This document shows, piece by piece, positions 1 through 12,885 of a DNA stretch of 64,000 nucleotides. The translations under genes and the position numbers were made by a program. The stretch is from Setoptus koraiensis (taxonomy: Eukaryota > Animalia > Arthropoda). Numbering within the stretch: the stretch's first letter is position 1; each line of letters begins with the position of its first letter. The DNA lies in assembly GCA_048013815.1 (NCBI GenBank), contig CM106585.1, positions 6,200,001-6,264,000 on the forward strand. The letters run 5' to 3'. Below the pieces are notes generated by a model, which had not been told where the DNA came from, made no database searches, and worked only from the letters and a program-made list of their open reading frames with translations.

Positions 1-220
1 GTGCGTCGGAGCGGCACAGAATAAGCACAATCGCACAGGAGTCAGTGGCTGTTGGTTTGCGAATAACTGGCTCGTGTGCATTTATAATCCATGACCGTGC
101 ACAGACAATGGGATTAGCATAATTAGGATTGACTCGGTCACAGGTGAACAAGCGGAAATAGCGACTTGTCACAGCAATCATTGGACAGCGGACAAATTTG
201 TTCCGTTTGTTGGTTGGACC

Positions 221-321
221 ATCCGACTGTCCGACTATCCGACTATCCGACTATCCGACTATCCGACTATCCGGCTGTCCGGCTGTCCGACTATCCGACT
301 GTCCGATTATCCGACTGTCCG
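221..321. repeat. 8-bp tandem repeat (RTCCGRCT), ~12.5 copies
   Basis: ATCCGACT/GTCCGACT/GTCCGGCT units read directly in 8-bp register. Confidence 0.9.
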
Positions 322-865
322 TGGACGGAGGCCGCCTCGTTCGATGCAACAACGGCCCCTCGGGAATGGGCCACTTCGATGCCTGCGCTACAACGCAAAA
401 TGTCAACACTTGGCCAGCACTGACCGCGGGCCAAATTTGACCGGCGCAAGGCGGCTGCGCCAGGGCTTATCGAGGGCGGGCCGTGCCCAGTTTGCAGGTT
501 GCTGCAATTAGAGTGATGGGTAATTTATTGTAGAGTGCGCTGTTTGTGTTGTTGTTGCATTTGATAGATTGATTTGCGCCTATTTGCGCCCATTTGGCTC
601 GTATGGTCACGCTTTGGTGCACGCTCAAACTGCACACCACTGACAACGCGGATCAAATCAAATTAAAATTAAATTAAAAATTGGCCAGCACATCGAATGG
701 GCTCGTCACAACAGCGACGCCAACGCCAACACCGTCAACGGCAACACCAACACCGACAACAGCGACAGCAAACAACAACAATGACGACAGTGGCAGCTTC
801 ACGCTTTCTCCGCTCGTCGGCTCACAATTGTCAGCGGTGGCGTCACATGCGACCCATTGAGTCGC

Positions 866-928
866 GAGTCGCCGATTGCGAGTCGCCGATTGCGAGTCGC
901 CGATTGCGAATCGCCAATTGCGAATCGC
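866..928. repeat. 14-bp tandem repeat (GAGTCGCCGATTGC), ~4.5 copies, degenerating
   Basis: Units visible directly; last copies are GAATCGCCAATTGC-like variants. Confidence 0.85.
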
Positions 929-2035
929 TCACTCATCTCAGGTGAGTCACCTGCTCGCTCACCTGCTCGCTCGCCTGATCGCTCGCCTGATCGCTCGCCC
1001 GAAGTGATTGCGAGCGAGCCAAACGAGCTGGACGCCGGTGCGCGAGCTCGCGCGCCGCCGCCAACGATCAAATAAATATGCTAATTGTAATCCAGTTTCG
1101 CTTGGCCGTGAACAACAAGCATGTTAATTCATTGCGTAACTGCTGCATCGATATAAGCCGGTTGACACACACGACAGTTGGCGACAGGCAGCGCCATGGC
1201 GAGCTTGCCAATGTTGACAGCTGATGCGAGTTGACTGCGTTTGTTGAGCGCGACGCGATTGCGTCATCAGCGTCAGTTCCGCATTCTGTGACTCACAATT
1301 GCATTTGTCAGGCTGACAAATGTTGCCTTGACATGGGCCCAAAAGATACCAAATGGCATGAGTGGCGCGCATTTGGCATTTTGCGTTTGCCATTTGACGT
1401 GTACGTGCGCCACAAGCGAATCAATTCTGGGTACTGGGTAATTGTGGCCAAAGTACAATTGCGACTGACAGTTGGCCAGTCGCAAGTCGCCAGTGAATAC
1501 ATTTCGCTGCCGCCACTCATCACACAGTTACATCGAGCAACATATATTACGCAATCGACAGAGCAGTGGTTGTTGTTGGCGCACTCACTTAATGCTGTCT
1601 CTGGTTGGCTGGCTGGCTGGTTTGCCGGATAAAAAGACGCCAACTAGCCAGCTGTTTGGGGGTGCTCGCCAGCGTTTGTAGTTTGCCAACTTTTGCAGTT
1701 TGCTCGCAGTGGCTGCCAGTTGCGACAGCGACAACGGGGCCCATCCATTAAATTGGGGCGGCCGGCGAAAATCATCCGAGAATTAGTCGGCAATCGGCTG
1801 GCCCGCCGATCTAATGGGCACCTCTCTTTGGCTGGCCAGCCGATATTCATGAGGCGCCGGTCGCCGAAAGCGATCGCCCGGACATCGATCACAAGCGGGC
1901 ACTTTTTAAACTCATCCGATCGGCTCGGCAGGAGCCGCTCGAGTCGCAATCCAAACGTGCATTCTTCCATTATCGACCAATCTCATGATATGAGATTTTT
2001 TTTGCTTTCTTCTCAGTGGTGCCATTAGTGGCATT

Positions 2036-2092
2036 TGCAAAATCAGAGTCGCGCTTGCAAAATCAGAGTCGCGCTTGCAAATCAGAGTCGCG
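2036..2092. repeat. 20-bp tandem repeat (TGCAAAATCAGAGTCGCGCT), ~3 copies
   Basis: Two exact copies plus a third with a 1-bp deletion. Confidence 0.85.
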
Positions 2093-2402
2093 AAATTGCA
2101 GAGTTGAATTGTAAAATTGTAAATCGAGGCAACGCGAGGCACGAGGCACGCGCCATTAGCGGCCGCCGGCCAACTACGAGCGCCAACCGTTAGACGGCGC
2201 ATTGCGAACTGTCGACCGGATGCTGCGGGCACCGCAGCTCATCGAGCCAGCATCGAAATTGGAGACGGTCGCTGCGACGGGGCCCCGACCGCCGCCTCAC
2301 TGGAACCGCGCGCGGCGTCGCGGCTCCAGTTTATCCGCTCGAGGCGAGCCGACCGCTGCAACCACCGTTATGTTGGCCGTGGCTGTTTTTTAGTTTATTT
2401 AG

Positions 2403-2450
2403 TGCAGTTTGACAGTTGCAGTTTGACAGTTGCAGTTTGACAGTTGCAGT
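2403..2450. repeat. 14-bp tandem repeat (TGCAGTTTGACAGT), ~3.4 copies
   Basis: Exact copies visible. Confidence 0.85.
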
Positions 2451-3868
2451 ATGCACAGACTGCCGCAGCATGGCGTACGAGCATGCAGGCTGGCGCTGCC
2501 GTCGCTCGGTCACGGCTCAAGTCATAAGAATGCTGCCAAAGCCAACTGACCAGTGCACTTGAGGGCCGCAATTATCGCGGCAGCGATGTCAATTTGATGT
2601 CAATTGCGAGTCACGCTGCCGGCCAGCGAGACGCGACTCGCCCAATCGGGCCGGTCGGCCCTCGTCGGACAGTCGGGCATGTCGGTCGGTCGCGATGGTC
2701 GGGCCGTCGCGCACGTCGGGCGGTCGCGATGGTCGGGCGGTCGGTCGATCCGGACGAGCCGGAGGGGCGGCCCGACGGGCGCGGTCCGTTCGGGCGAGCC
2801 AAGTATCGAGAGTCGTCGTTGTTGCCGTTGTTGCTGTTGTTGCTGCTGTTGTTGTGCGTGCGATACAAACAACGATTATGGATGCGCATGACGACAAACA
2901 ACAAATTGTCATGTGCAAGTGGCGACAATTACTACTTTCGCTCGCCACTCTCCACTGTCCGCCGGCCACTGCCCACTGAGCGCCGGTCAGTGCGGCCAGC
3001 GGCTACCGGCGACACAATGCGAGCAAATGACCAGACAGTGACAACACAAACAACGGTTGCAGTTGCATTAGTGATGAATCTATAATTGGCCTGCCGTGTT
3101 GTGGCGCTTGTTGTGCGTTATAGGTTCAGTGGCTGCAGCGACGCAACAAGCCAACGCGCTGCCAATTGAACGCGGCGGCGATTGAATTTAATTGGACTCA
3201 ATCGAGTGTCCAATTGACCAGCCACTAAACTCGTCTCAGCTCAGCTAGCTCGCGGGCGCCGTCTGGCGGCCGAGCCCAAGCTCTCTGCTGTGTCTGCCTG
3301 TATTGGTCACTATGTATCACTGGCACTGGTCAACTGGCCTTAGCCAGTGGGCACAATTGGTGTGTTCGGTCAGTTGAGCATGCAACCGCTCTCTCGTAGA
3401 GCCTCTACAGTAGAGGGCACACACACACACACACTCATCATTCATCATTCGCATGTCGTGTCACAATAAAATAACACAATATAATAACAATATAATAATA
3501 ACAGCAACACAATGCAATCTCCAGTTGATAGATTGCGGCCGACAGCGGCCAATTGGCGTTCGAATGCGAACTGGGATTCGGGTTCGCGTTAGCGTTCGAA
3601 TTGGTCGCTTTCGAATTCGAATTTGATTTCGAACGCGACTCGTTCGCGTCGAACGAGCCCGAACGGCCGCTCGGGGGGCAGCGTCGCTGCGTTGAGTCGC
3701 ATACAAGTTGGCCGCAGTGGTCAGTTTTTGTCAGTTGTCGCTGGCCGGTGACGGCGCGCCGATTCACTTGCGACCGGCGACCGGCCAACAACAAACTGTG
3801 AAACAATTGGATTATCGCGCTGCCACTGACCGCCGGCCCACGAATACATATTCACACACATTTTCATG

Positions 3869-4012
3869 TATTCATATATTCACATGTTCATACATTCACA
3901 TGTTCATACATTCATATGTTCATATGTTCATATGTTCATATGTTCATATGTTCATATGTTCATATGTTCATATGTTCATATGTTCATATGTTCATATATT
4001 CATATATTCATA
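3869..4012. repeat. 8-bp tandem repeat (TTCATATG)n
   Basis: Ten pure units at 3911-3990 with degenerate flanks (TTCATACA, TTCACATG, TTCATATA). Confidence 0.9.
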
Positions 4013-6442
4013 TATGAATACAAGTACGGATACAGGTATGAATGCAGGTATGAATACGAGTACAAGTATGGATATAACTGTGCATAACTGTGCCGTTGCG
4101 GCCCGGCAGGAATGCCGCATCGACGGGCCTCGGCGCTGGGCCTAGCCGGCGCGCCCTGCCGCCGGCCGGTGTGAAATGTGATCCCGTCGACGCCTCCGCT
4201 GGGGCAACTTTCGACAGCTCGACACGTTCGCTGGCGTTCGACGAGTGATTCGCTGGCTTCAAGCGCGCTTTGTATTGTCTGGCATGTGTGCATTGTGTGT
4301 TCTCACCATTTCGCCCGTTTCCACAACTCCGACCGTTTCGGCAACTCCGATCGTTTCGGCCACTTCGCTTGTTTCGACCCGTTCGCGTTCCAGGCCGCGA
4401 GTTGCAAAACCGTTCGAACGGGCCAGCGAACGAGGGCCAACAAAGGGAACATTCGCTGTCGCACACCTACGGCATTCGCGGCAGCACAGTTTGTTGGCCG
4501 CAGCGCTGGCCAATGCAAATAATAAATGGTTTATCGCCGTTTAACCATTGTTGTGGCATCATTGTTGTTTTGTGTTGCTGTTTTGTGTTGTTGTCTGGCG
4601 CTGTTGTCTGGCGTTGTTGTGTTGCGCCGTTGTTGGGCCGTTCGGCCGTTGGCCAGCGCTGCCATGAGCTGCTCTCTTCGACGCCAGCTCAATGTCCAAA
4701 TATCGGCGCAAAACTAATAAACTCGCCTCTTATCGCCCGGCGCTGGCCACAGCGGCGGCGGCCGGGGGAGCCCGCGCTCCGGCTCACACGCACACAGGTA
4801 TCATCCTCGGGTATTGTGCTCGGGTATTATAATACTGGTCGCAGCGGCCAGTGGCGGCCATCCACGGCTGTCCGCGGCCGGCCGCGGGCCCGCAGCCAAT
4901 CAGACCAGGGCGACGGAGCGGGCGCCCCGCGAGCGGCCAATCACGGTCGCGGGCGCCAGCGCGACAAAATCATCGCCAGCGACACGACGACAGCGACACG
5001 ACGACAGCGACACGAGGACGGCGTCGCCGGACAGCAGCGACTCGCAACAGATAGAAACAAACAGGGCGCAAACAACGACATTCCAGAGCGACACAACAAA
5101 CTGTTCACACACAACAAAACCGTCGGAACGCAACGGGTTCTCGCGCCGATTCTCCGCTCGCCGCGCTCGCCCCTCGCCGCGCCCGCGAGCCCCCGCCCAA
5201 CGATGTCTTGTCGACGTCGGTGTGAACTGACCAGCGGCGCCATTGTTTCGCCTGGGCCGCTCGCCCCCTCGAATTTGCACGCCGGCGCGACCGCGTGACG
5301 GGCTCGCCATTCAAACAAAATCTGTGCCGCATCGTGTGCGAGTGCGCGCCATCAATCTCAAGTCCAAACATGCTCACTCTGGCCGCCACAGTGCAGCGCT
5401 GGCCACTGACCACCGGTCAGATGCGCAGGCACAAGCCAACGGCGATCGGTCAGTTTGACAGCGCACAGAACAAGTTGTGACTGCAGTTGTTTGTTATGAG
5501 CCGTGCAAACAATTTGCATAAACTGTCCCCGCGTGCGTGCGTGTGTGTGTGTGTGCCAGGTTCATACTAAACATTTCATCGCATAAAATCTGTAGTGTAG
5601 ACATTTATGTGTGCGTGTGTGTGCGTGTAATTGGCACAGGGAAAGCTGGGGCATTTGTTGCGGCTTGGCCGTCGCAAAGTCGCGCTAATCTCCATGACAA
5701 CCGACACAAACACGCGCACAAACTATGCGTGCTCTATGTAAACAAGCGCGCAAAAGCGCGCCGTTGTGCCGAAACTGGCCAATTGTGACCGCTAGTGACC
5801 GCTTGTTGACAACTGTGCCGAGATAGACCAATTAACTGGCGTGCACCATTGCGTACCGGTCAAATTGTGTCTAATTGCGCCCATTGGGCGGCTCGCTCTG
5901 GCGCATTCGTAATCGTGTGCTTCTATGGCTCGCTGCTCATTAGTTTACAATTGTTGGTGGCACAGTTTGCGTTGCAATAGTATATAGTATATTTACACAG
6001 GTAACACACAGTAGCCACGAGCTAGGTTGCGCCGGACGGCGAGCGGCACAGCGCGCGCCCTGTGCCGGGCGCGGTCAGCATTGCGACCGACAGCAAACAG
6101 TGACAACGGACAATGGCAGTGGCTCGAGAGCAGCGCCGGCCCGAGTGTGGCGCTGGCTCGGCTGTTGAGCCGGCCCGAGCCGCAACTGGTGCCGATCGGA
6201 TATAATCGTTGGCAAAGAACATAAACAGAAAGAATGGATTAGCAGCTCGAGTGAGCACGGCGAAGCGATCGAGTGGAGCAAAAGTCAAAGTTGGGGCTGC
6301 GAACAGTTAATTGCGCACATGTAAACATATTGTGTTGTTGTTATTGGGCAAACTATAGCAATGGCAATAATGATAATGATAATCTTGAACGACGTCGGCG
6401 CCTCGCAAACTTAATCACCGCGTTCGCGTCTGCCGGCGACCG

Positions 6443-6770
6443 TTGCCGGTTGTTGCCGTCGCTGGTTGTTGTTGCTTTGGTTGGTTGTTGTTGCTTTGGT
6501 TGGTTGTTGTTGCCTTAGTTGGTTGTTGTTGGTTTTTGTTGTCGGTTGTTGTCGTTAGTCGTTGTTGCCGCTGTTGGTGGTTGTTGGCGGTTGTTGGCGC
6601 TGTTGCTCGCTGGCCGTCTGCCGTCTCAATCGTGGCTTGTTTGCTTTCTGTTGCGGTCGACGCTGTTGTCGTTGTTGCCGTCGTTGTTGCTGCCGTCGAT
6701 GTTGGCGTTGCCGCTGCTGCTGATGTTGTCGTCGACGTTGCTGGCGCTGTTGCTGTTGGGCCGGCCGCCA
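6443..6770. repeat. Degenerate (GTT/GTC/GCT)n trinucleotide low-complexity tract
   Basis: Dense GTT-type triplets; produces spurious Val/Leu/Cys or Thr/Gln/Asn ORFs in several frames. Confidence 0.7.
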
Positions 6771-7181
6771 ACGAGCCGACGAGCCAACGAGCCGACGACA
6801 GCGACAACGACAGCGACAACGACCCGCCGAAGCGCGGTCGCCATCGGGCGAGGGCCGGCAACCTGTTGGCCCGTCTTGCTGGGCACTTCTCGGCCCATTC
6901 GTCGGCCCAGTGCTCGGCGTTCTTCGGCCGCGCGAACGGCTCGCCCGCCGCGCAAATCATGCACAAATGGCAGCCCGAGCGGCAGCCCGAATGGCAGCCA
7001 AAAGGCAACTCGAATGGTAGCACAAATGACAGGGCGCGCCGGGACGAGCCTAAGCAGCTTTGCGGCAGGCAAGAGTTGGCAGGCGGGCCGGCCGGCGATA
7101 ACGAGCATCGGCAGCGGCCTCCCGCGGCCATTCAGCTCGCCCGACGGACCGAGCGCCGGTGGCTGCGCACGGCTCGACGAG

Positions 7182-7226
7182 GCGTCCGAAGCGCTCGAAG
7201 CGTCCGAAGCGCTCGAAGCGTTCGGA
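7182..7226. repeat. 18-bp tandem repeat (GCGTCCGAAGCGCTCGAA), ~2.5 copies
   Basis: Two exact copies and a partial third. Confidence 0.8.
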
Positions 7227-9824
7227 GCGAGGCCGGACAGGGCCAACTGGAGGGCAATTATCCGTTGTTTGATCGTGCACACGCGCGTTGCCAGCCAGCT
7301 CAATTGGCATCGACACACACGCCGGACAAAGGCTGCTGAGTGTCCTTTGTGTCCTGTCTGTTTTATCTGCTCGTTGGTCAGCGCTGGTCAGCGCTGGTTA
7401 TCGGTGGCCGGTCGCTGGTGTTATTGGCAATTGGCGAAGTTATATAGCCCACTGGCACTTGCACTTGCCGGCCGATCGCTGCCGATTGCTGCATTGTGTG
7501 TCCGTGGAAGCGGCCGATCGGCGACGGATCAGCATGAACGAGCACGATCGTGCTCCGACTGCGACTCTCTGACGCTCGCTCTGAGACGACGCTCGCTCCG
7601 GACCGACTCTCGCTTTCGAGACCACTCTCGGTATGGCGCTACGAGAGCCATTTGCGGCCAACTGAGAGCTGCCAATTGTTGTGCGCAGCAAACTTTACGA
7701 TAGACTGGCCGATCGGACAGAGCCATCGGGCAGCGAATAATGGCCAGAAGAAAAGGAACGAAAGAAGAATGGACACAACAAGAAGCGCACAACAAATACG
7801 AGCCAACCAACGACCAGCGCGTATTATTATCTGGCAATGAGATCTATAATTACTGTGCCATCTCGTCTCGTTTGGCCCTCTCGTCGGGTGTCGCGTCTCC
7901 GCGTGAGACGCGTCCGCCGATAGCCCACAGCCCACGGCCGCGAGCCCAATGGCTCGGGGTGACCGGGCGCATGCTGGGCCGGCGTTGATCTATGGCCATT
8001 AGCGGTGGCTTGTCGCTGCCAGCAGCCGCTGGCTGCCCGCAGCAGCGGCATCTCCCGCGTCGGATGCCGCGTCGGATCCCTCGTCGGATGCGGCGGTGGA
8101 TCGAGCGTCGGATTCGGAACGGATTGCGGGCGCAATCTGGCCCACGAACCGTCGGAGCGGCCGCATCGGTCGGCCCGAGCGCCTCGAATTTCCGTCGGAG
8201 CGGCGGTCGGGCCGGCAGTCGGAGCGGCGGCCGGACTGCGACCGTCTTGAGCGAAACGGGCAAACACTGAGCCGGCCCGTGGCCGCTCGCCGGTCTAGCC
8301 AACGAACAAACGAGCAAACTGGGCCAAACTGGGCCAACTTTCGCGCCGAAGCAGCCGAGATTGGCGGCGAATCACGGCGAATGGCGGCGAATGAGGGCGC
8401 ATCGGGGCGAATCACAGCCAGGGCACACAATTGACAATGGCACAATGATGGTATCATCGCTTATAGGCGCCGCTACGTGCATACTAATGAGCAACAACAG
8501 ACTTGGGCGGACAGAGACAGCGACAGGGCGGAGCAAAGTGTTGAAAAAGAATAGAGGAGGAGCGATTCGCGATTCGCAAACACTCATTACCACCATTGTG
8601 AGCTGTTTGTGTTGGTTCGTGCTGGATATAAACACACAAACACGGCATACCAACAGCAATAATAGCCAATGCCAGTTATACCAGTAATCAAGTAGCCTGA
8701 ACAATGTAAATCGAGCTCAAGTGCAGCCCAGTGAAATGAAGCAGCCCCAAAATCAACAGGTACACGCTGTTGGCATTCTTTGTTTGTTTCTCGGTCGCTC
8801 TCTCGCTCTCTCACTCTCTCACTCTCGTTCCGATCGCCGATTGCCCACTGCCGACCCAGCTCCGCAGCCCCGCTCACGCTCGCCGGCCAGCCCAAATCCG
8901 GCCCGCCGCTCTCCGAAACTCCCATTTCCACAAATCCAATTCCTGATCGCGCGGGCCCCAACGCCCGACCGTCGGCGATCCACGAGCCGACACTGCAGGC
9001 TGGCTCACAATTGCGCCCTATTGCTCGTTGCTTCTCGCCATTATTTTCACATGTTTCTCGCCATCATTTTCTGGTGCTTCTCGTGGTGATTTTCTGGCGA
9101 GTCGCCAGTAGCGACGACACAAGTTGTCGTGAAGCAAACGCCAGCAACACAATGCTGGCTACGCTGCCAAACACTTGCCAAACTGACACTTGCAGCGCCA
9201 TCTATCGAGCCGCAGGCAGACACTCAATTCAAACACAGTGCGGATATTCCGATGCTCACTCTAGCTCTTTGATCGTCGGAATCCAGAACAATTTGTGCAA
9301 ATCCCGAAATAGATCGCAGATCGGTCCAGTTCTCCGGTTTGCCTCTGATCAATTCAATTCTTTTCGACGAGAAGGGGCCATACCGACTGCAACTAAATCG
9401 AGAAGAAAAACGCCTGGCCAGCGCTGTGCGTCAGGGATATCAAGATATGATCAGATGCGAAAGTGAGCGCTTTCAGAGATTTTACTTGCTGAAACGGGGA
9501 TGCTCTGTGGATGTTTTCAAAGCAAAAAGGGCAAAGAGCGAAAATTGTACCTGTTATATCGTATGTTGTGTAATATTGTATAACAAGGTGACACGCTTGG
9601 CCAACAGTTAGACATAAAGGGTGTCTGCTCAAGTTTCTAATTTTAGCTTGGCGTGTGGCTCGATGCCACACACCTGTTCAGCTATTATCCTTTTCCGTTC
9701 AAAATGGGCAAACTGTATCGAGCAGCATTCATATTTGACAGTTGTGACAGATTTGACAGACGTAACTTAACTTTAACTCAAGTTAGAGACAAATCAATTA
9801 ATAATTATCCGCTTACATTACAGG

Positions 9825-10879
9825 ATGTCTGAGGCCGTTGAGAGGAAGGTCCAGCTTGTTAGCAATGAAAGGGTGGCCCAGGTGATTAGTTCTCAGGATA
9901 GAAAGTGCGTCACCGAGCAGTACAAAGGTTGGGCGGAAACATACGAAAAAGTAAGCTGACCAAGATTGTCACACCATCAATATTGTGCCCAATAGTGTCT
10001 AATTAACTAACGATATCTAATTGCTAACAATGGCCCATTTATAATACCCAACGACAATGCACAGGACATGGCTGCAGTGTCATACTCTGGTCCCGCGAAG
10101 CTGTTGGAATATTTCAACAGACTCAATGTACCCAAAGACGCAAAAATACTGGACGTTTGCGCTGGCACAGGTAAATTAATTACATTATATCTCATTGCAC
10201 ATCAATGCACCATCACCTTGATTCATCGATGTCAACTTGTCAATTATTCGTACTCAATTTGACGTCATCAACGACGCCATAATTGAGGCCAACAACCAAT
10301 AATTAATCAACAACAATAATAGGCGCTGTGGGCAGGCTACTGGTCAAGCTCGGCTACTCTAATCTGCACGCTTTTGACGGCTCCGAAGAGATGCTCGCAA
10401 AGGCAAAGCAAGAAAACAACTACAAGAGCTACACTCAGATGCTGTTCGAACCCGGCACCAAGCTTCCTTTCGAGGACAACGCGTTCGATTGTGTTCTATT
10501 GTCGGGCGTTTTTGCGCCAGGTCACCTGCCGATAGTGGCCCTCGAGGAGACTGTTCGAATATGCAAAAAGGGTAGGTCACCATGAGTGATTGTAGCTTGT
10601 ACTTCCGCCGGTCACTGAAATCAGCCGAATCACTGCTTCTAATTCTATATTCTAATTCGTAATTATATGCTAGGTGGCGTCGTATCATGGATATGCTGCG
10701 ATCCCCTATATTATCAGGACATGGACGAACAGTACAAAGACAACGGCTTCAACAGGCTAATTGATAGCATCAAAGCGAACGGTTTGTGGAAGGAGCGAGA
10801 GGGCTTCCCCGTGTCGGTGCCCTTCATTGAGTACAGCGACGGTTATGTGATGGCATTCGACGTCACCAAACAAGATTAG
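9825..10879 (+). CDS. METTL27: Class I SAM-dependent methyltransferase, METTL27/WBSCR27-like, 4 exons, 228 aa
   Basis: Exons 9825-9950, 10065-10170, 10323-10571, 10674-10879, joined across GT-AG introns of 114, 152 and 102 nt, give a continuous 687-nt frame. It reads YKGWAETYEKDM..YSGP, motif I ILDVCAGTGAVG, DGSEEML, FDCVLLSGVFAPGHLP and RICKKGG. The methyltransferase fold is secure; the METTL27 assignment comes from recalled family motifs, not a search. Confidence 0.8.
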
Positions 10880-11415
10880 ATCAATTAATTAATTAATTAA
10901 GATTATCACCATCTATCAATCATCATTGAGCACGACAAAATCGGTTAATGCTTAAAAACCGAAATTCGGTTCAAATTGATATTTGTCGATAAATGCGCCG
11001 CTGTTGCGACGATCAGTCGAAATGATTAGCATACAATGCTTGGTTGCGTTGTTGTTCAAAATGCTTCACCCGGCATCACTCTGTCTGCTGTGATCAGTAG
11101 CTCTCTTTTTTGCTTTTACAAAGTTTTTTGTTAGACTGTTGCAACATACAACTGGATATTTATTGCTCATAGAAGATGATGAACTAGTCATATCGGCCAT
11201 AAATGATTTCAACGTAACCGAAAAAACCGAGAAATCGTGGCTGTTGCTCATTTGAGAACCGAATTTCTCGAATCTCTACCGCCGATTTTGTTTTTCCTAC
11301 TCATCAGCAAAGTAAGAGTCATCATTGGCCAAGACAAATGATGAAAGTACTGCAAGCTGTGTACTGTGAGTGAGCGAAAAATTGTATAGAATTAGAAAGA
11401 AGCTCTGAAAGCAAA

Positions 11416-12885
11416 ATGGCTCAACTGAAACTGCTCGCTATTGTTTACGTGATAGGTGCTTGTTCAATCTACTCTTCTGACGCCGAAGCTATCAGCAAAG
11501 AGAGATGCGTTTCCTCGGTGAAAGCAATGGATACGATTCCGACGTTTCTGCAGTTCGCAGAGATAGCGCTCAAAAACGATCGCGCTGATGGATCGAGCGA
11601 GGAAAAAGCTGCCATTCTCAACAGGTGTATTCGCAGCGTAAATGGTTTCGATGATATCCGGGCGTTGAAGGAAATAGTCCAACAAGCTGGCACACGTCAT
11701 TCGGTGTGCGAGCCCGACTTTGCGGATGAATTGTTGCAATTTCACAAACAGTTAAAAGCCAATGCCAGTCATGGTAAATATTTCAAACGCGTACAAAAGA
11801 ATAGATTGGCTCGCTTTTTCCGACTTCTAGCAGGTCAAGTTGCTCTGACTTGTAAGAAATCTTTGGCGCAAAAACTACAATCGGCAGAGGACAGTAATCC
11901 TGATTTAGTAGAAAGTTTAGACAGAGTGATTGCCATGTAAGAGGCGAAAAAGGCAAAACTCGATGAAAGCCACACTAAGGATCTTCCAAAAAGCACGCGC
12001 ATGCTGCTGAGTATTGCCATGAAATACAGCCCAAATGTGTTCACAAAAGTAGAAAATCTCATACTGACTGAATCACTGAAGCCCACACAAGATTCCGAGT
12101 TTTCCATGGCTATGACATTCAACTCGCAGAGTATGGTAGACGAGTTTGTGGCAAGCAGAAGGGCGTGCAACCTTATTGAACGATTCGCACAGAGCTCGAT
12201 TTACACAATTTCTCGGTTGGCCTGGAAAGGATATTTGGCCCGAAACGATACCGGAAGCTTAGATAGAAGCCTGAGCGACGATCCCAAGGTCCAGAAATGG
12301 ATCAAAGCCGTTCAATTCTGTCAGAGCGTTCTGCTCATAGAGGCCAAAGTCGATTTAGAGCAAGATGTGAGGGAAAAAATGGACCAAGGGACGTTGAATG
12401 ACGAAAATTTATTCACTGTCAACCTGGACAAGAAAACTAAATCGAGGCGACCGGTGCACAAATTCGAGCAAGCTGACAATTTCAGCTCGTTCGACACCGA
12501 TATTGAATGTTTCACACAAACAAGCGGCGTCACCGGTTGGCTGCAGAGGCGCTTGGGTAGCAGGGACGAACTGGCAGTGTCCCAAATATTCAAGGTCAAT
12601 GTTGTCGACGAATCAATTAAGCGATCGTTGGCGCAAGATCAGGATGACCCCGAAGGTGCAGTTCAATTCGGCTCTGTTGTGGGCCACGGTGGTGTCGCAG
12701 GATATGCTGGTCATCCAATGGCGACACATGCCACTCACTTAGCTCATCATTCTCATAAAATATTGGGTTTTAGCAAGGGTGGTTTGATAGCTTTCGTTGT
12801 TATTTTGAGCCTTATGGCTGCTTGTTTGGGTTACGCCATTCTCAAGTCAAGAGAATATGGCAGGCTGCTCAATTCCAAGATCTAA
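11416..12885 (+). CDS. Signal-peptide, Cys-patterned protein with C-terminal TM helix (paralog A); frame interrupted by one TAA at 11938-11940
   Basis: ORFs 11416-11940 and 12001-12885 are in the same frame, joined by 20 open codons (EAKKAKLDESHTKDLPKSTR). N-terminal hydrophobic signal (LLAIVYVIGACSIYSSDA); TM-like GLIAFVVILSLMAACLGYAIL; homologous to 14067-15158 on both sides of the stop. Confidence 0.75.

Noticed and set aside
697-945. ORF ending at a CAG|GTGAGT donor-like site at 940/941
   Set aside because: The peptide is built from CAA/CGA triplets and the 14-bp repeat, and no in-phase downstream coding exon was identified. It may be a non-coding exon.
4270-8457. Long ORFs in the GC-rich region (4270-5298, 6443-7339, 6519-7703, 6415-7131, 7827-8457)
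   Set aside because: They overlap in several frames and on both strands, are Arg/Ala/Gly/Pro- or triplet-repeat-driven, and show no domain or consistent splice pattern. This is typical of stop-poor GC-rich DNA.
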